From assembly GCA_001872305.1 (NCBI GenBank), contig MNWF01000023.1, positions 1 to 42,961 of the forward strand: a stretch of 42,961 bases of DNA, read 5' to 3'. The position numbers and the translations under genes are program-made. Source of the DNA: Parcubacteria group bacterium CG1_02_40_25. Lineage in GTDB: Bacteria; Patescibacteriota; Minisyncoccia; Portnoybacterales; CG1-02-40-25. Shown piece after piece: positions 7,178-16,288 of the stretch. The notes below the pieces were generated by a model. That model did no database searches. It was not told the origin of the DNA and saw only the letters and a list, made by a program, of their open reading frames with translations. The stretch's first letter is position 1. Each line of letters begins with the position of its first letter.

Positions 7178-8638
7178 ATGAATTTAAATTATCTTACAAT
7201 CTCCGAGGCTATGGATGGCTTAAGAGCTAAACAATTCTCTAGCCAAGAATTAACTACGGCTTGTTTGGAACAAATTAAAAAGTATAATAAAAAGATTAAT
7301 GTTTTTATTACCGTAACTGAATACTTGGCGTTGGAGCAGGCACAAATCGTGGATCGAAAAATCAATAATGGCGATAAATTAAATCCTTTAGCTGGTATCC
7401 CCTGTTCTTTAAAAGACGTTTTTTGTTTAAAAGGCGCCAAAGCAACCGCGGGTTCAAAAATTTTACAAAATTATATCGCGCCATACGATGCTACAACTGT
7501 CAAATTGATTAAATTAAATGATGCTGTGATTTTAGGCAAGGTAAACACCGATGAATTTACTATGGGTTCGTCCACTGAGACCTCTGCTTCTGGTGCTACG
7601 CGCAATCCCTGGGATTTAAGTTGTGTCCCCGGCGGATCGTCTGGCGGTTCAGCCGCGGCTGTGGCCAGTGCTATGGGATTTTATTCTTTAGGTACTGATA
7701 CCGGTGGTTCAATCCGCCAGCCAGCTTGTTTCTGCGGTATCGCTGGGCTTAAACCAACCTATGGTCGGGTTTCGCGTTATGGCGTAATGAGTATGGCATC
7801 TTCCTTGGATACAATTGGGCCGTTAGCGAGGTCTGTTAAAGATATTGCTTTAATTCTAGAAGCGATTGCTGGCGTTGATATCAATGACGCGACAACTTCG
7901 CGCGAACCTGTAATTAATTACGCGGCTAAATTAGGCAAGGGTATTAAGGGTTTAAAAATTGGCATTCCTCAAGAATATTTTGGTCAGGGATTAGACCCAG
8001 AGGTTGCGGCTATTACTGATAGTGCCATTAAGCAATTTAAAAAATTAGGCGCGCGAATAGTCAAAATTTCTTTGACGTATACCAAGTATGCTCTGGCTTG
8101 TTATTATATTATTGTGCCTTCTGAAATTAGTGCTAATTTGGCGCGCTATGATGGTATTAGATATGGATTATCAAAATCTGAAGGCGATTTACTGGCGACC
8201 TATTTACAAACTCGCGCGCAAGGGTTGGGCGATGAAGTTAAACGCCGTATTATAATCGGTACGTACGCGCTATCAGCCGGTTATTATGACGCTTATTATT
8301 TAAAAGCGCAAAAAGTGCGGACTTTAATTAAGCAAGATTTTGAAAAGGCATTTAAACAGGTTGGTGTTATCCTAACGCCAACTACGCCTAGGCCGGCGTT
8401 TAAAATCGGCGAAAAAAACAACGATCCTTTGACAATGTATTTAGAGGATATATTTACGGTCCCAATCAATTTGGCTGGTATCCCTGGTCTATCAATACCG
8501 GCTGGTTTTACTAAGTCAGGCCTGCCAGTAGGGGTCCAGTTATTAGCCAAGCAGTTTAATGAAGAAGATTTATTGCGCACGGGATATGCGTTTGAACAAG
8601 CAACGGATTATCATAAAATGTACCCGATAATAGATTAA
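7178..8638 (+). CDS. gatA: Glutamyl-tRNA(Gln) amidotransferase subunit A
   Basis: Amidase signature GGSSGGSAAAVA and GTDTGGSIRQPA; full length, 486 aa. Confidence 0.95.
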   Translation: MNLNYLTISEAMDGLRAKQFSSQELTTACLEQIKKYNKKINVFITVTEYLALEQAQIVDRKINNGDKLNPLAGIPCSLKDVFCLKGAKATAGSKILQNYIAPYDATTVKLIKLNDAVILGKVNTDEFTMGSSTETSASGATRNPWDLSCVPGGSSGGSAAAVASAMGFYSLGTDTGGSIRQPACFCGIAGLKPTYGRVSRYGVMSMASSLDTIGPLARSVKDIALILEAIAGVDINDATTSREPVINYAAKLGKGIKGLKIGIPQEYFGQGLDPEVAAITDSAIKQFKKLGARIVKISLTYTKYALACYYIIVPSEISANLARYDGIRYGLSKSEGDLLATYLQTRAQGLGDEVKRRIIIGTYALSAGYYDAYYLKAQKVRTLIKQDFEKAFKQVGVILTPTTPRPAFKIGEKNNDPLTMYLEDIFTVPINLAGIPGLSIPAGFTKSGLPVGVQLLAKQFNEEDLLRTGYAFEQATDYHKMYPIID

Positions 8639-8650
8639 AGTTTAATTAAG

Positions 8651-8720
8651 TCGTTATTTGGTTAGCAGTTAGTCGCAAAAACCTGTTAACCCGTTAATCT
8701 GTTAACTAATTAACTGAATA
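8651..8720. repeat. Short-period hairpin type A after gatA
   Basis: tcgttatttggttagcagttagtcg / aacctgttaacccgttaatctgttaactaattaactgaa. The right arm nearly matches 13186-13215. Confidence 0.75.
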
Positions 8721-8725
8721 ATAAA

Positions 8726-8968
8726 GTGATCAATTTCCCTTTTAATATTGACTATCGTACTATTTTGGAAAAAGGCGCTAAATACGTGTCAAATTTTTTG
8801 ACTAATCCTAATTTAGAGCGCTGGTGGTTTTTTATTGAAATAGTTATTTTAGGCATTTGTGCTTTTTTAATTTGGCTAATGATTTTAATGGCTCTGCGTT
8901 CTGATGCTTTTTGGCAAATTAAGGCGACTTTAGCGTCTCGTGAGGATCCCAAAAAATTAAAAAAATAA
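8726..8968 (+). CDS. Hypothetical small membrane protein (GTG start)
   Basis: ORF with one clear TM helix (WWFFIEIVILGICAFLIWLMILMAL). No recognisable family. Confidence 0.4.
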   Translation: MINFPFNIDYRTILEKGAKYVSNFLTNPNLERWWFFIEIVILGICAFLIWLMILMALRSDAFWQIKATLASREDPKKLKK

Positions 8969-9021
8969 AATAGGGATAAAATTAATGCGGACAGGGGCGA
9001 GCCATCACGACTTGCCCCAGC

Positions 9022-9050
9022 TTGATTTTATGGGGCTTAGGAGTTATAAT
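9022..9050 (+). promoter_or_regulatory. Sigma70-like promoter for the tRNA cluster
   Basis: TTGATT (9022-9027), 17-nt spacer, TATAAT (9045-9050). The first tRNA starts at 9065. Confidence 0.6.
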
Positions 9051-9064
9051 AACATTGTTGTCAT

Positions 9065-9136
9065 AGCCGAGTAGAGAAGTAGTATCTCACAAGGCTCATA
9101 ACCTTGGGACCGCAGGTGCAATTCCTGCCTCGGCAA
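9065..9136 (+). tRNA. tRNA with CAU anticodon (Met, initiator or Ile2; identity unresolved)
   Basis: Hand-folded cloverleaf: acceptor agccgag/ctcggca (A1.A72 unpaired), D stem gaga/tctc, anticodon arm caagg-ctCATaa-ccttg, T arm gcagg-tgcaatt-cctgc. Confidence 0.7.
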
Positions 9137-9164
9137 CAAATTAGTTTTTAGTTTAGAGTATGTT

Positions 9165-9236
9165 GGCGGCGTAGCTCAGTGGTAGAGCGAGGGACTCATA
9201 AACCCTAGGCCACAGGTTCAATCCCTGTCGCCGCTA
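9165..9236 (+). tRNA. tRNA with CAU anticodon (Met, initiator or Ile2; identity unresolved)
   Basis: Acceptor ggcggcg/cgccgct, D arm gctc-agtggta-gagc, anticodon loop ctCATaa with GGG/CCC in the stem, T arm acagg-ttcaatc-cctgt. Confidence 0.8.
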
Positions 9237-9351
9237 CGGTTCAAGAACGTAGTATTGGGTTTGTCAGGTCATACGACCTGACGGCCAGTCGTATGACTGG
9301 TCGATCCCTACCTCCGCTACTGATAATAAATCAAAAATTAAATTAGAACAT

Positions 9352-9426
9352 GGTCGCGTGGTGTAGCCCGGTTAACACGTCTCCCTGTCACGGAGAAGAC
9401 CACGGGTTCAAATCCCGTCGCGACCG
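9352..9426 (+). tRNA. tRNA-Asp (GUC)
   Basis: Acceptor ggtcgcg/cgcgacc, anticodon arm tctcc-ctGTCac-ggaga, T arm acggg-ttcaaat-cccgt. Confidence 0.85.
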
Positions 9427-9434
9427 CATTTGGT

Positions 9435-9504
9435 CCGCCGAAGCGAAACTATGAAGTAATTTTGCGGAGGCGACTTTCGTTTCGCTGAAGCTCGTCTTCG
9501 GCGG
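9435..9504. repeat. Long imperfect hairpin downstream of tRNA-Asp
   Basis: ccgccgaagcgaaac (9435-9449) pairs with gtttcgct[9-nt bulge]cttcggcgg (9479-9504). Confidence 0.6.
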
Positions 9505-9595
9505 GCGCAACCCACAAGAGGATGAGCGAAGGCAGGAAATAAAATTATTTATGCTAATAGCTAATCAAGAACTACGTTGTTGTTAAATATAGACC

Positions 9596-9973
9596 ATGAA
9601 AAGTGCTAGTTTTGTGATTTTTTTAACAGTTGCTTTGGTGTTGACTGCCGGAGTTTTAGCGGCGATTTTGATTTATTTTGATCCTTTCAGCTCCCAGGGC
9701 ATTGTTTTTGTTCTATTTTATACCGCGTTTTTTTTGTTTTTGGCTGGGTTTTTTTCTTTGATTTTGTTTTTATTAAAGCGGATTACTTTGTCTAAAAAAC
9801 CTGACTGGCAGTTCATCCCTGGGTCAGTAAGGCAAGGTTTTTTGCTGGCGATTTTAGGCAATGGCATTTTATGTTTACAGCGTCAGCAAATGCTTGCTTG
9901 GTGGAGTTTGTTCGTGATTGTGGGTATTTTAATGGTTACAGAGTTATTTTTTAAATTTAGAAAATCAGAATAA
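9596..9973 (+). CDS. Hypothetical integral membrane protein
   Basis: Four predicted TM segments. 7-nt gap to pheS. Confidence 0.5.
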   Translation: MKSASFVIFLTVALVLTAGVLAAILIYFDPFSSQGIVFVLFYTAFFLFLAGFFSLILFLLKRITLSKKPDWQFIPGSVRQGFLLAILGNGILCLQRQQMLAWWSLFVIVGILMVTELFFKFRKSE

Positions 9974-9980
9974 ATCACAT

Positions 9981-11003
9981 ATGGATCTATCACAAATTTT
10001 ATTCCAAGCTCAAAAAGAAGCTAGGGAACTAAAAAACATACAACAGTGGGAGGATCTTTATCGTAAGTATTTAGGCAAAAAAGGCAAGTTATCTGACGCG
10101 TTAGTTGCGTTAAAGGATTTGACTGTTGAAGAGCGCAAAAAACAGGGTCAAGCCATTAATCACTTTAAGCAAGAATTGACACAACTACTTGCTAAGACGC
10201 AAGACCAGTTGAGGGGGTCGTTGAAAGCAGGCCAAAGATTTTTTGACGTGTCGTCCCCCGCTGTTAAAATCCCCCAAGGCCATGGCCACCCAATTATGGA
10301 AATTCGTCGTCAGATGGAAGAAATTTTTGGTTCATTGGGATTCAGTGTCATTGAGGGGCAGGAGGTAACCAGTGAATATTACAATTTTGACGCGCTTAAT
10401 ATTCCGGGTGATCATCCGGCGCGCGATGCCATGGACACTTTTTGGTTAGGGCAAAATAATCAGCGGTCCGAATCAATGCTCCTAAGAACACATACTTCCG
10501 CTATGCAGGTGCCCTATATGGAATGCCATCAGCCGCCATTTAAAATTATTATACCAGGCATGGTTTATCGTTATGAGGCGACTGACGCTTCTCACGATTA
10601 TCAGTTTTATCAGTTAGAGGGGTTGATGATAGACCGTGATATTTCTATCGCTAATTTTAAAGGCGTGATTGACGTTGTTTTTCAAAGAATTTTTAATCGT
10701 CAGATTAAAACGCGCTTACGACCAGGATTCTTCCCTTTTACAGAACCGAGTTTTGAAATTGATTTATCTTGTGTTAAGTGCCAAGGCAAGGGCTGTACTT
10801 TATGCAAACAAACTGGCTGGTTGGAAATTATGGGCGCGGGCATGGTGCACCCGAATGTTTTGCGTTCGGCGAAATTAGATCATAGCGGTTGGCAGGGCTT
10901 TGCTTTTGGCATGGGTTTGGGGCGCATAGCGATGATTAAATGGGGGATTGATGACATTAGATTATTTTTTTCTGGGGATTTGAGGTTTCTAAAACAATTT
11001 TGA
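9981..11003 (+). CDS. pheS: Phenylalanine-tRNA ligase alpha subunit
   Basis: Class II aaRS motifs (HPARDAMDTFW, FRYEATDASH, GMGLGRIAM). Confidence 0.95.
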   Translation: MDLSQILFQAQKEARELKNIQQWEDLYRKYLGKKGKLSDALVALKDLTVEERKKQGQAINHFKQELTQLLAKTQDQLRGSLKAGQRFFDVSSPAVKIPQGHGHPIMEIRRQMEEIFGSLGFSVIEGQEVTSEYYNFDALNIPGDHPARDAMDTFWLGQNNQRSESMLLRTHTSAMQVPYMECHQPPFKIIIPGMVYRYEATDASHDYQFYQLEGLMIDRDISIANFKGVIDVVFQRIFNRQIKTRLRPGFFPFTEPSFEIDLSCVKCQGKGCTLCKQTGWLEIMGAGMVHPNVLRSAKLDHSGWQGFAFGMGLGRIAMIKWGIDDIRLFFSGDLRFLKQF

Positions 11004-11005
11004 TA

Positions 11006-11070
11006 GCGGCTTACAGTCTACAGCTTACGGACTACGGCTTACGCTAACCTTAGACTTTAGACCGTAGACA
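11006..11070. repeat. Short-period hairpin type B (7-nt units) between pheS and pheT
   Basis: Left arm cttacag tctacag cttacgg actacgg cttacgc. Right arm ttagact ttagacc gtagaca. Confidence 0.85.
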
Positions 11071-11084
11071 TTTGTTTTTTCATC

Positions 11085-13130
11085 ATGCTTTTTTCTTTCA
11101 ATTGGCTTAAACAATATATTGATTTAACAAATATTTCAGCTCAAAAAGTAGGAGAGCTTTTAACGTTGCACAGTTTTGAGGTGGAATCAATTAAAAAGAA
11201 TGGTAGTGATTGGATTTTGGATATAGATGTTTTAGCAAATCGCGGCCATGACTGCCGTTGTCATTTGGCAATAGCTATGGAGTTGGCAGCGATTTTAGAA
11301 AAAAAACCAAAACAGCATTATCAAAATTTAACCAGTCAAAAAATAGCCTTGGCTCGGGGGAAGCTCAGGCCGATTAATATCAAAGTCCAAAGCAATAAGC
11401 AAGTGCCGCGTTACGCGGCCTTGGTGATTGAGAATATTAAGGTCGCCGCATCACCCAAGTGGCTGGTTGGTTATTTGGAGGCCATTGGCGGGCGATCTAT
11501 AAATAATGTAGTTGATTTGACGAATTACATAATGTGTGAAGTAGGTCAGCCCATGCACGCTTTTGATTATGATAAAATTTTAGCGTTATCCCCTGAACGT
11601 GAAATGATTGTTCGGCTTTCGCGACAGGGGGAAGGGGTAGTGACCTTAGATGGGGTTGAGCGCGAGTTGACGGCTGGTATTTTAGTTATTGAAGCAGGCA
11701 AAAAGCTCATTGATTTAGCCGGTATTATGGGCGGTCAGGTAAGCGAGATCGGGCCAGAAACTAAAAATATTATTTTACAAGCATCCTGTTTTGACGGGCC
11801 AACCATTAGGCGAGCCACGAAGTTGCTTGGTCATCGAACCGATGCCTCCGATATTTATCAGCACAATATTGATCCTAATCTAGCTGATTTGGCTTTGGGT
11901 CGGAGCATACATTTATTAAAAGAGATGACGGGGCCTGTTAGGGTGGTTCAAAAAATTGATTTTTATCCGGAGAAAAAAATAGCTAAGCAAATTAAATTAG
12001 ATTTAGCTCAAGCCAATAGCTTGTTGGGCGTTGAATTATCGCGAGACAAAATTATTCAGATTTTACAATCATTAGATTTTGTAGTGCAAAAAAGCAATTC
12101 TGGCGGAAAGTCCATTGTTGTTTTGGCGCCCACCAGACGTTTGGACGTGGTGATGCCCGAAGATTTAATTGAAGAAATTGGTCGTATTTATGGTTATAAA
12201 AAGATTCCAGCTAAAATGCCTTATATCAATTTAGCACTGCCAGAAATCAATCAACAGGCGGCGTATAAAAATCAGGTTAGGCGATCTTTAATTAATTGGG
12301 GTTTTAACGAAACTATTAATTATGTTTTTACTGATAAAAGTAGTTCTTTGGCTCTGCCATTACAAAATCCGATTGCCAAAGATAAAATTTGTTTAAGGAT
12401 GAATTTAATCCCGGGGCTGGCGCAAAATATTAAAAATAATTTAAAGTATTTTTCCGCGATCAGGCTGTTTGAAATTGGACGTATTTGGTGTCAGAATTTA
12501 AATCAGAATAAACAATTAATTATTCACGAAAAAGAAAGTTTAGCTGGTGTTTTACTGAGCTCGGACGGAAAAGAGCCATTTTTCTTATTGAAAGGTTTTG
12601 TAGAAAATTTAATTCAATCTTTTGGTATCAGTGATATTTGGTTTGATGACGCTTTGGCTAAAGATGAGTCGGCTTTTTTAGAGAATGATTTTAATGTCCG
12701 GGCTCTGGCTCAAATCAAGATCGGCGATCGTTTGTTGGGTTATTGTGGCGAATTGCGCGATTTTGCGGGATCTATCGCTGTGGGTTTTGAGCTAGATTTA
12801 GATGTTTTGACACAAGAAACAATTTCTGAAAGAATGTATGAACCATTAGCAAAATATCCATCATCGGTGCGTGACTTAGCGATTTTAGCCCCTCCAGAAA
12901 CTAAAGTTGGGCAGGTCTTAGCGGAGATTAACGAGTCAAATGTCCTTGAATTAGTGGATGTTGACCTATTTGATTTATATCAAGGCGAAGAACTTGATGA
13001 TAAAAAGAATTTAGCATTCCATCTAATTTTTCAATCATCTAAAAAAACCTTAACTGATCGCGAAGTAGATATTTTTATGGCCAAGATTATTAAAAATTTA
13101 CAAGAAAAAGGGTGGGAAATTAGAAGATGA
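11085..13130 (+). CDS. pheT: Phenylalanine-tRNA ligase beta subunit (short form, 681 aa)
   Basis: MLFSFNWLKQYIDL N-terminus, B3/4 and B5 regions, C-terminal anticodon-binding-like FDLYQGEEL. Follows pheS. Confidence 0.9.
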   Translation: MLFSFNWLKQYIDLTNISAQKVGELLTLHSFEVESIKKNGSDWILDIDVLANRGHDCRCHLAIAMELAAILEKKPKQHYQNLTSQKIALARGKLRPINIKVQSNKQVPRYAALVIENIKVAASPKWLVGYLEAIGGRSINNVVDLTNYIMCEVGQPMHAFDYDKILALSPEREMIVRLSRQGEGVVTLDGVERELTAGILVIEAGKKLIDLAGIMGGQVSEIGPETKNIILQASCFDGPTIRRATKLLGHRTDASDIYQHNIDPNLADLALGRSIHLLKEMTGPVRVVQKIDFYPEKKIAKQIKLDLAQANSLLGVELSRDKIIQILQSLDFVVQKSNSGGKSIVVLAPTRRLDVVMPEDLIEEIGRIYGYKKIPAKMPYINLALPEINQQAAYKNQVRRSLINWGFNETINYVFTDKSSSLALPLQNPIAKDKICLRMNLIPGLAQNIKNNLKYFSAIRLFEIGRIWCQNLNQNKQLIIHEKESLAGVLLSSDGKEPFFLLKGFVENLIQSFGISDIWFDDALAKDESAFLENDFNVRALAQIKIGDRLLGYCGELRDFAGSIAVGFELDLDVLTQETISERMYEPLAKYPSSVRDLAILAPPETKVGQVLAEINESNVLELVDVDLFDLYQGEELDDKKNLAFHLIFQSSKKTLTDREVDIFMAKIIKNLQEKGWEIRR

Positions 13131-13133
13131 TTA

Positions 13134-13220
13134 TTGTTAACTTTGTTGCTCGGTTAATGCGTTAACGAGTTGTGAGTTAGTTAGAAAACCTGTTAACCCG
13201 TTAACTAATTAACCTTTTAA
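13134..13220. repeat. Short-period hairpin type A between pheT and gyrB
   Basis: Left arm cggttaatgcgttaacgagttgtgagttagtt. Right arm aacctgttaacccgttaactaattaacc. Confidence 0.8.
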
Positions 13221-13229
13221 CGCTATATT

Positions 13230-15209
13230 ATGTCTGAACAAATAAATAAAAACAATAATAACAGCTATACTGCCAGCGATATCTATGTTTTAGAGGGTCT
13301 TGAGCCCGTGCGTAAACGCCCTGGCATGTATATTGGTTCCACTGGCGTTGAGGGCTTGCATCATTTAATTTGGGAAGTAGTGGACAATTCTTTAGATGAA
13401 GCAATTGGCGGTTATTGTGATGAAATTGTGGTAACATTTTCGTCTAATAATCGGATGAGCGTTCAGGATAACGGTCGGGGTATCCCAGTTGATATCCATA
13501 AACAAACCGGAAAATCCGCCTTAGAAACCGTATTAACAACTTTGCACGCGGGCGCTAAGTTTGGGGGGCAGTCATATAAAATTGCTGGTGGTTTGCATGG
13601 CGTGGGCGTGTCAGTCGTTTGCGCGCTTTCGCGTTGGCTCAAAGCAGAGGTACATCGTGATGGCGATATTTATACTCAAGAATATGAATTCGGTCGAGTA
13701 GTTAGCCCAGTAAAAAAAGTTGGTTCTACGGATCGCACTGGGACTACTATTACCTTTGAGCCAGATCCAGAAATTTTTAAAGATGCGAAATTTTCTTGGC
13801 GTCGTATTTTGGATCATTTAAGGCAGCAGTCATATCTAACGAGAGGCGTTAAAATCGTGATTCGTGATGAAAGAAAACAGTCCACGGCAAAAGACGCCGT
13901 GTCCGCGTCGAACGATGGGAATAAGTTTCCGCCTATTTTTAATTATTCTTATACTTTTTACTTTGAAGGCGGCTTGCCTTCCTTTGTGAAATATTTAAAT
14001 CAAGGCGAAAAAATTAAGCACGAAAACATTTTTCACGTGAGCGAGGAAAAAGAAGATATCGCGGTAGAGGTCGCTGTGCAATATACACAAGACATTCAGG
14101 GCAAGGAAGTAAGCTTCGCGAATAATATTCATACGGGCGAAGGCGGGATGCACCTAACGGGATTCCGAACGGCCTTAACGCGAACTCTTAATGACTACGC
14201 GCGTAAAAATAGTTATCTTAAAGAAAATGAGGAAAATCTATCGGGGGATGACGTGCGCGAAGGCCTGACCGCGGTGATTTCTGTAAAAATTAAAGAACCC
14301 CAATTTGAAGGTCAAACTAAAGCAAAGTTGGGCAATCCCGAAGCTCGGGTCGCGGTGGACGCGGTCATGGCCGAAGCATTCGCCAATTATTTAGAGCGTT
14401 TTCCGCAAGATGCCAGGGCCATTATGGAAAAGTGTTTACTGGCAGCTAAAGCAAGGCGGGCGGCTAAAGCAGCTCGAGAAACAGTGATCCGCAAGGGCGT
14501 TTTAGAAGGGTTGGCTTTGCCAGGCAAGCTGGCAGATTGTTCTTCGCGTCGGCCCGAGGAATCTGAAATTTTTATTGTTGAGGGGGATTCGGCTGGTGGC
14601 TCTACTAAACAAGCGCGTGATCGGCGTTTTCAAGCGGTGCTGCCAATTCGTGGCAAAATTTTAAATGTAGAAAAAGCCCGTTTAAATCGAGCGTTGGCGT
14701 CTAAAGAAATTCGGGCATTGGTTATTGCCATGGGCACTGCTATTGCTGAAGAATTTAATATTGCCAAGCTTCGTTATCATCGGGTGATTATTATGACTGA
14801 CGCTGACGTTGACGGCGCCCATATTCGGACATTGCTTTTAACTTTATTTTTTCGCCACTTTGAGCCGTTGATTAAGGTCGGCCATATTTATATTGCGCAA
14901 CCACCACTTTATCGCATCCAGATCGGCAGTCAAGTAGAGTATATGTATGATGATATAGCTAAAGACAAGAAGCTTGCTGGCCTAACGCAGAAATTTAATC
15001 TTCAGCGATATAAGGGTTTGGGCGAAATGAATCCCAATCAACTTTGGGAAACCACGATGGATCCCGCTAAGCGCATTCTTAAGCAGGTGACAGTTGATGA
15101 CGCCGAAGCCGCGGATCACATTTTTGATGTTTTGATGGGGTCGGAAGTTGCTCCGCGCAAAAAATTTATTCAAACGCATGCCAAGACGGTGCAGAATCTC
15201 GACGTATAG
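13230..15209 (+). CDS. gyrB: DNA gyrase subunit B
   Basis: GLEPVRKRPGMYIGST, GLHHLIWEVVDNSLDE, GGLHGVG, EGDSAGGS, PIRGKILNVE, DADVDGAHI. Confidence 0.97.
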   Translation: MSEQINKNNNNSYTASDIYVLEGLEPVRKRPGMYIGSTGVEGLHHLIWEVVDNSLDEAIGGYCDEIVVTFSSNNRMSVQDNGRGIPVDIHKQTGKSALETVLTTLHAGAKFGGQSYKIAGGLHGVGVSVVCALSRWLKAEVHRDGDIYTQEYEFGRVVSPVKKVGSTDRTGTTITFEPDPEIFKDAKFSWRRILDHLRQQSYLTRGVKIVIRDERKQSTAKDAVSASNDGNKFPPIFNYSYTFYFEGGLPSFVKYLNQGEKIKHENIFHVSEEKEDIAVEVAVQYTQDIQGKEVSFANNIHTGEGGMHLTGFRTALTRTLNDYARKNSYLKENEENLSGDDVREGLTAVISVKIKEPQFEGQTKAKLGNPEARVAVDAVMAEAFANYLERFPQDARAIMEKCLLAAKARRAAKAARETVIRKGVLEGLALPGKLADCSSRRPEESEIFIVEGDSAGGSTKQARDRRFQAVLPIRGKILNVEKARLNRALASKEIRALVIAMGTAIAEEFNIAKLRYHRVIIMTDADVDGAHIRTLLLTLFFRHFEPLIKVGHIYIAQPPLYRIQIGSQVEYMYDDIAKDKKLAGLTQKFNLQRYKGLGEMNPNQLWETTMDPAKRILKQVTVDDAEAADHIFDVLMGSEVAPRKKFIQTHAKTVQNLDV

Positions 15210-15211
15210 TG

Positions 15212-15274
15212 GCGTCTACGGTCTACGGCTTACGGCTTACGATGGCCGTTAGCGGTAGACCGTAGACCGTAGAC
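15212..15274. repeat. Short-period hairpin type B after gyrB
   Basis: Left arm gtctacg gtctacg gcttacg gcttacg. Right arm cggtaga ccgtaga ccgtagac. Confidence 0.9.
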
Positions 15275-15290
15275 TAATTACAGTTTCCCC

Positions 15291-15319
15291 TTGCATTTTT
15301 TATCGGACTGTGATATTAT
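15291..15319 (+). promoter_or_regulatory. Extended -10 sigma70-like promoter upstream of secE-nusG
   Basis: TTGCAT (15291-15296), 17-nt spacer ending in TGa, TATTAT (15314-15319). Confidence 0.55.
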
Positions 15320-15362
15320 TTAGATGTTAATTAATTCACAGCCGCGAGGCTGTTTTAAGTAA

Positions 15363-15575
15363 ATGGCGATTTCTCAAAAAGTTATCGGGCTTTTTAAAAA
15401 AATTCCTCAATTCTTAAAAGAAGTTAAGATTGAATTGAAAAAAGTTACTTGGCTAAGCCGTCAGGATGTTTGGCGTTACACTTTGATTGTGGTGTTTTTT
15501 TCTTTGGCAGTAGCCGCTTTTTTGGGGGGCCTTGATATTTTATTTGGGTTTTTAATTAAGAAATTCTTGCTGTAG
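15363..15575 (+). CDS. secE: Preprotein translocase subunit SecE
   Basis: 70 aa with FLKEVKIELKKVTWLSRQDV plus a single C-terminal TM. Conserved position before nusG. Confidence 0.8.
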   Translation: MAISQKVIGLFKKIPQFLKEVKIELKKVTWLSRQDVWRYTLIVVFFSLAVAAFLGGLDILFGFLIKKFLL

Positions 15576-15672
15576 TTTACGGACTACAGTCTACGGTCCG
15601 CGGCACGAAGTTCGTTATTTTTCGGCTGTAGCCCGTAGACCGTTGACCGTTGACTGTAGACTGTTGACCGTT
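15576..15672. repeat. Short-period hairpin type B between secE and nusG
   Basis: Left arm tttacggactacagtctacggtccg. Right arm ctgtagcccgtagaccgttgaccgttgactgtagactgttgaccgt. Confidence 0.85.
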
Positions 15673-15682
15673 AGTATCCATT

Positions 15683-16225
15683 ATGGCTAAACAAATTTCA
15701 CAAGGAAAACAATGGTATGTTTTACACACTTATTCTGGATATGAAGACACAGTGGTACACAATCTCCAACAACGTATCGAGTCTTTGGGTATGGATGATA
15801 AGATTTTTAGCGTGATGGTGCCTAAAGAAAAAAAAATCAAGATTCGCAATGGCAAGCGTAAAGTTGTTGAAGAAAAAATATATCCGGGCTATGTTTTAGT
15901 GGAAATGATTGTAACGGATGATTCTTGGTATGTGGTGCGAAATACCCCGCGGGTTACTGGTTTTGTCGGGTCGGGTACGACACCAGTGCCAGTATCTGAC
16001 GAAGAAATTGCTTTTTTGAAAAAACGAATGGGCGTTGAAGAGCCCAAATACAAGATTGATGTTGTCTTGGGCGACGCGGTTAAAATTACTGACGGGCCGT
16101 TTAAAGATTTTGACGGCAAGGTTTCTGAAATCGATGAGGCCAAAGGGAAAATTAAGGTTTTGGTCAATATTTTTGGCCGAGAAACACCAGTGGAATTGGA
16201 TTTTTTACAAGTTAAAAAAATATAA
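15683..16225 (+). CDS. nusG: Transcription termination/antitermination factor NusG
   Basis: WYVLHTYSGYE NGN start and a C-terminal KOW (GDAVKITDGPFKDFDGKV). Confidence 0.95.
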   Translation: MAKQISQGKQWYVLHTYSGYEDTVVHNLQQRIESLGMDDKIFSVMVPKEKKIKIRNGKRKVVEEKIYPGYVLVEMIVTDDSWYVVRNTPRVTGFVGSGTTPVPVSDEEIAFLKKRMGVEEPKYKIDVVLGDAVKITDGPFKDFDGKVSEIDEAKGKIKVLVNIFGRETPVELDFLQVKKI

Positions 16226-16228
16226 ATA

Positions 16229-16266
16229 TGTCGACCGTCTACCGTCTACGGTCTACAGTCTACTGC
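16229..16266. repeat. Type B left arm, immediately after the nusG stop
   Basis: tgtcgaccgtctaccgtctacggtctacagtctactgc. Confidence 0.8.
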
Positions 16267-16288
16267 TAAATATTTTAGATTTGAGAGA

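Noticed and set aside
9237-9320. A fourth tRNA gene between tRNA-CAU and tRNA-Asp.
   Set aside because: Only a T-arm/acceptor-like 3' fragment is present. No D arm or anticodon arm can be folded.
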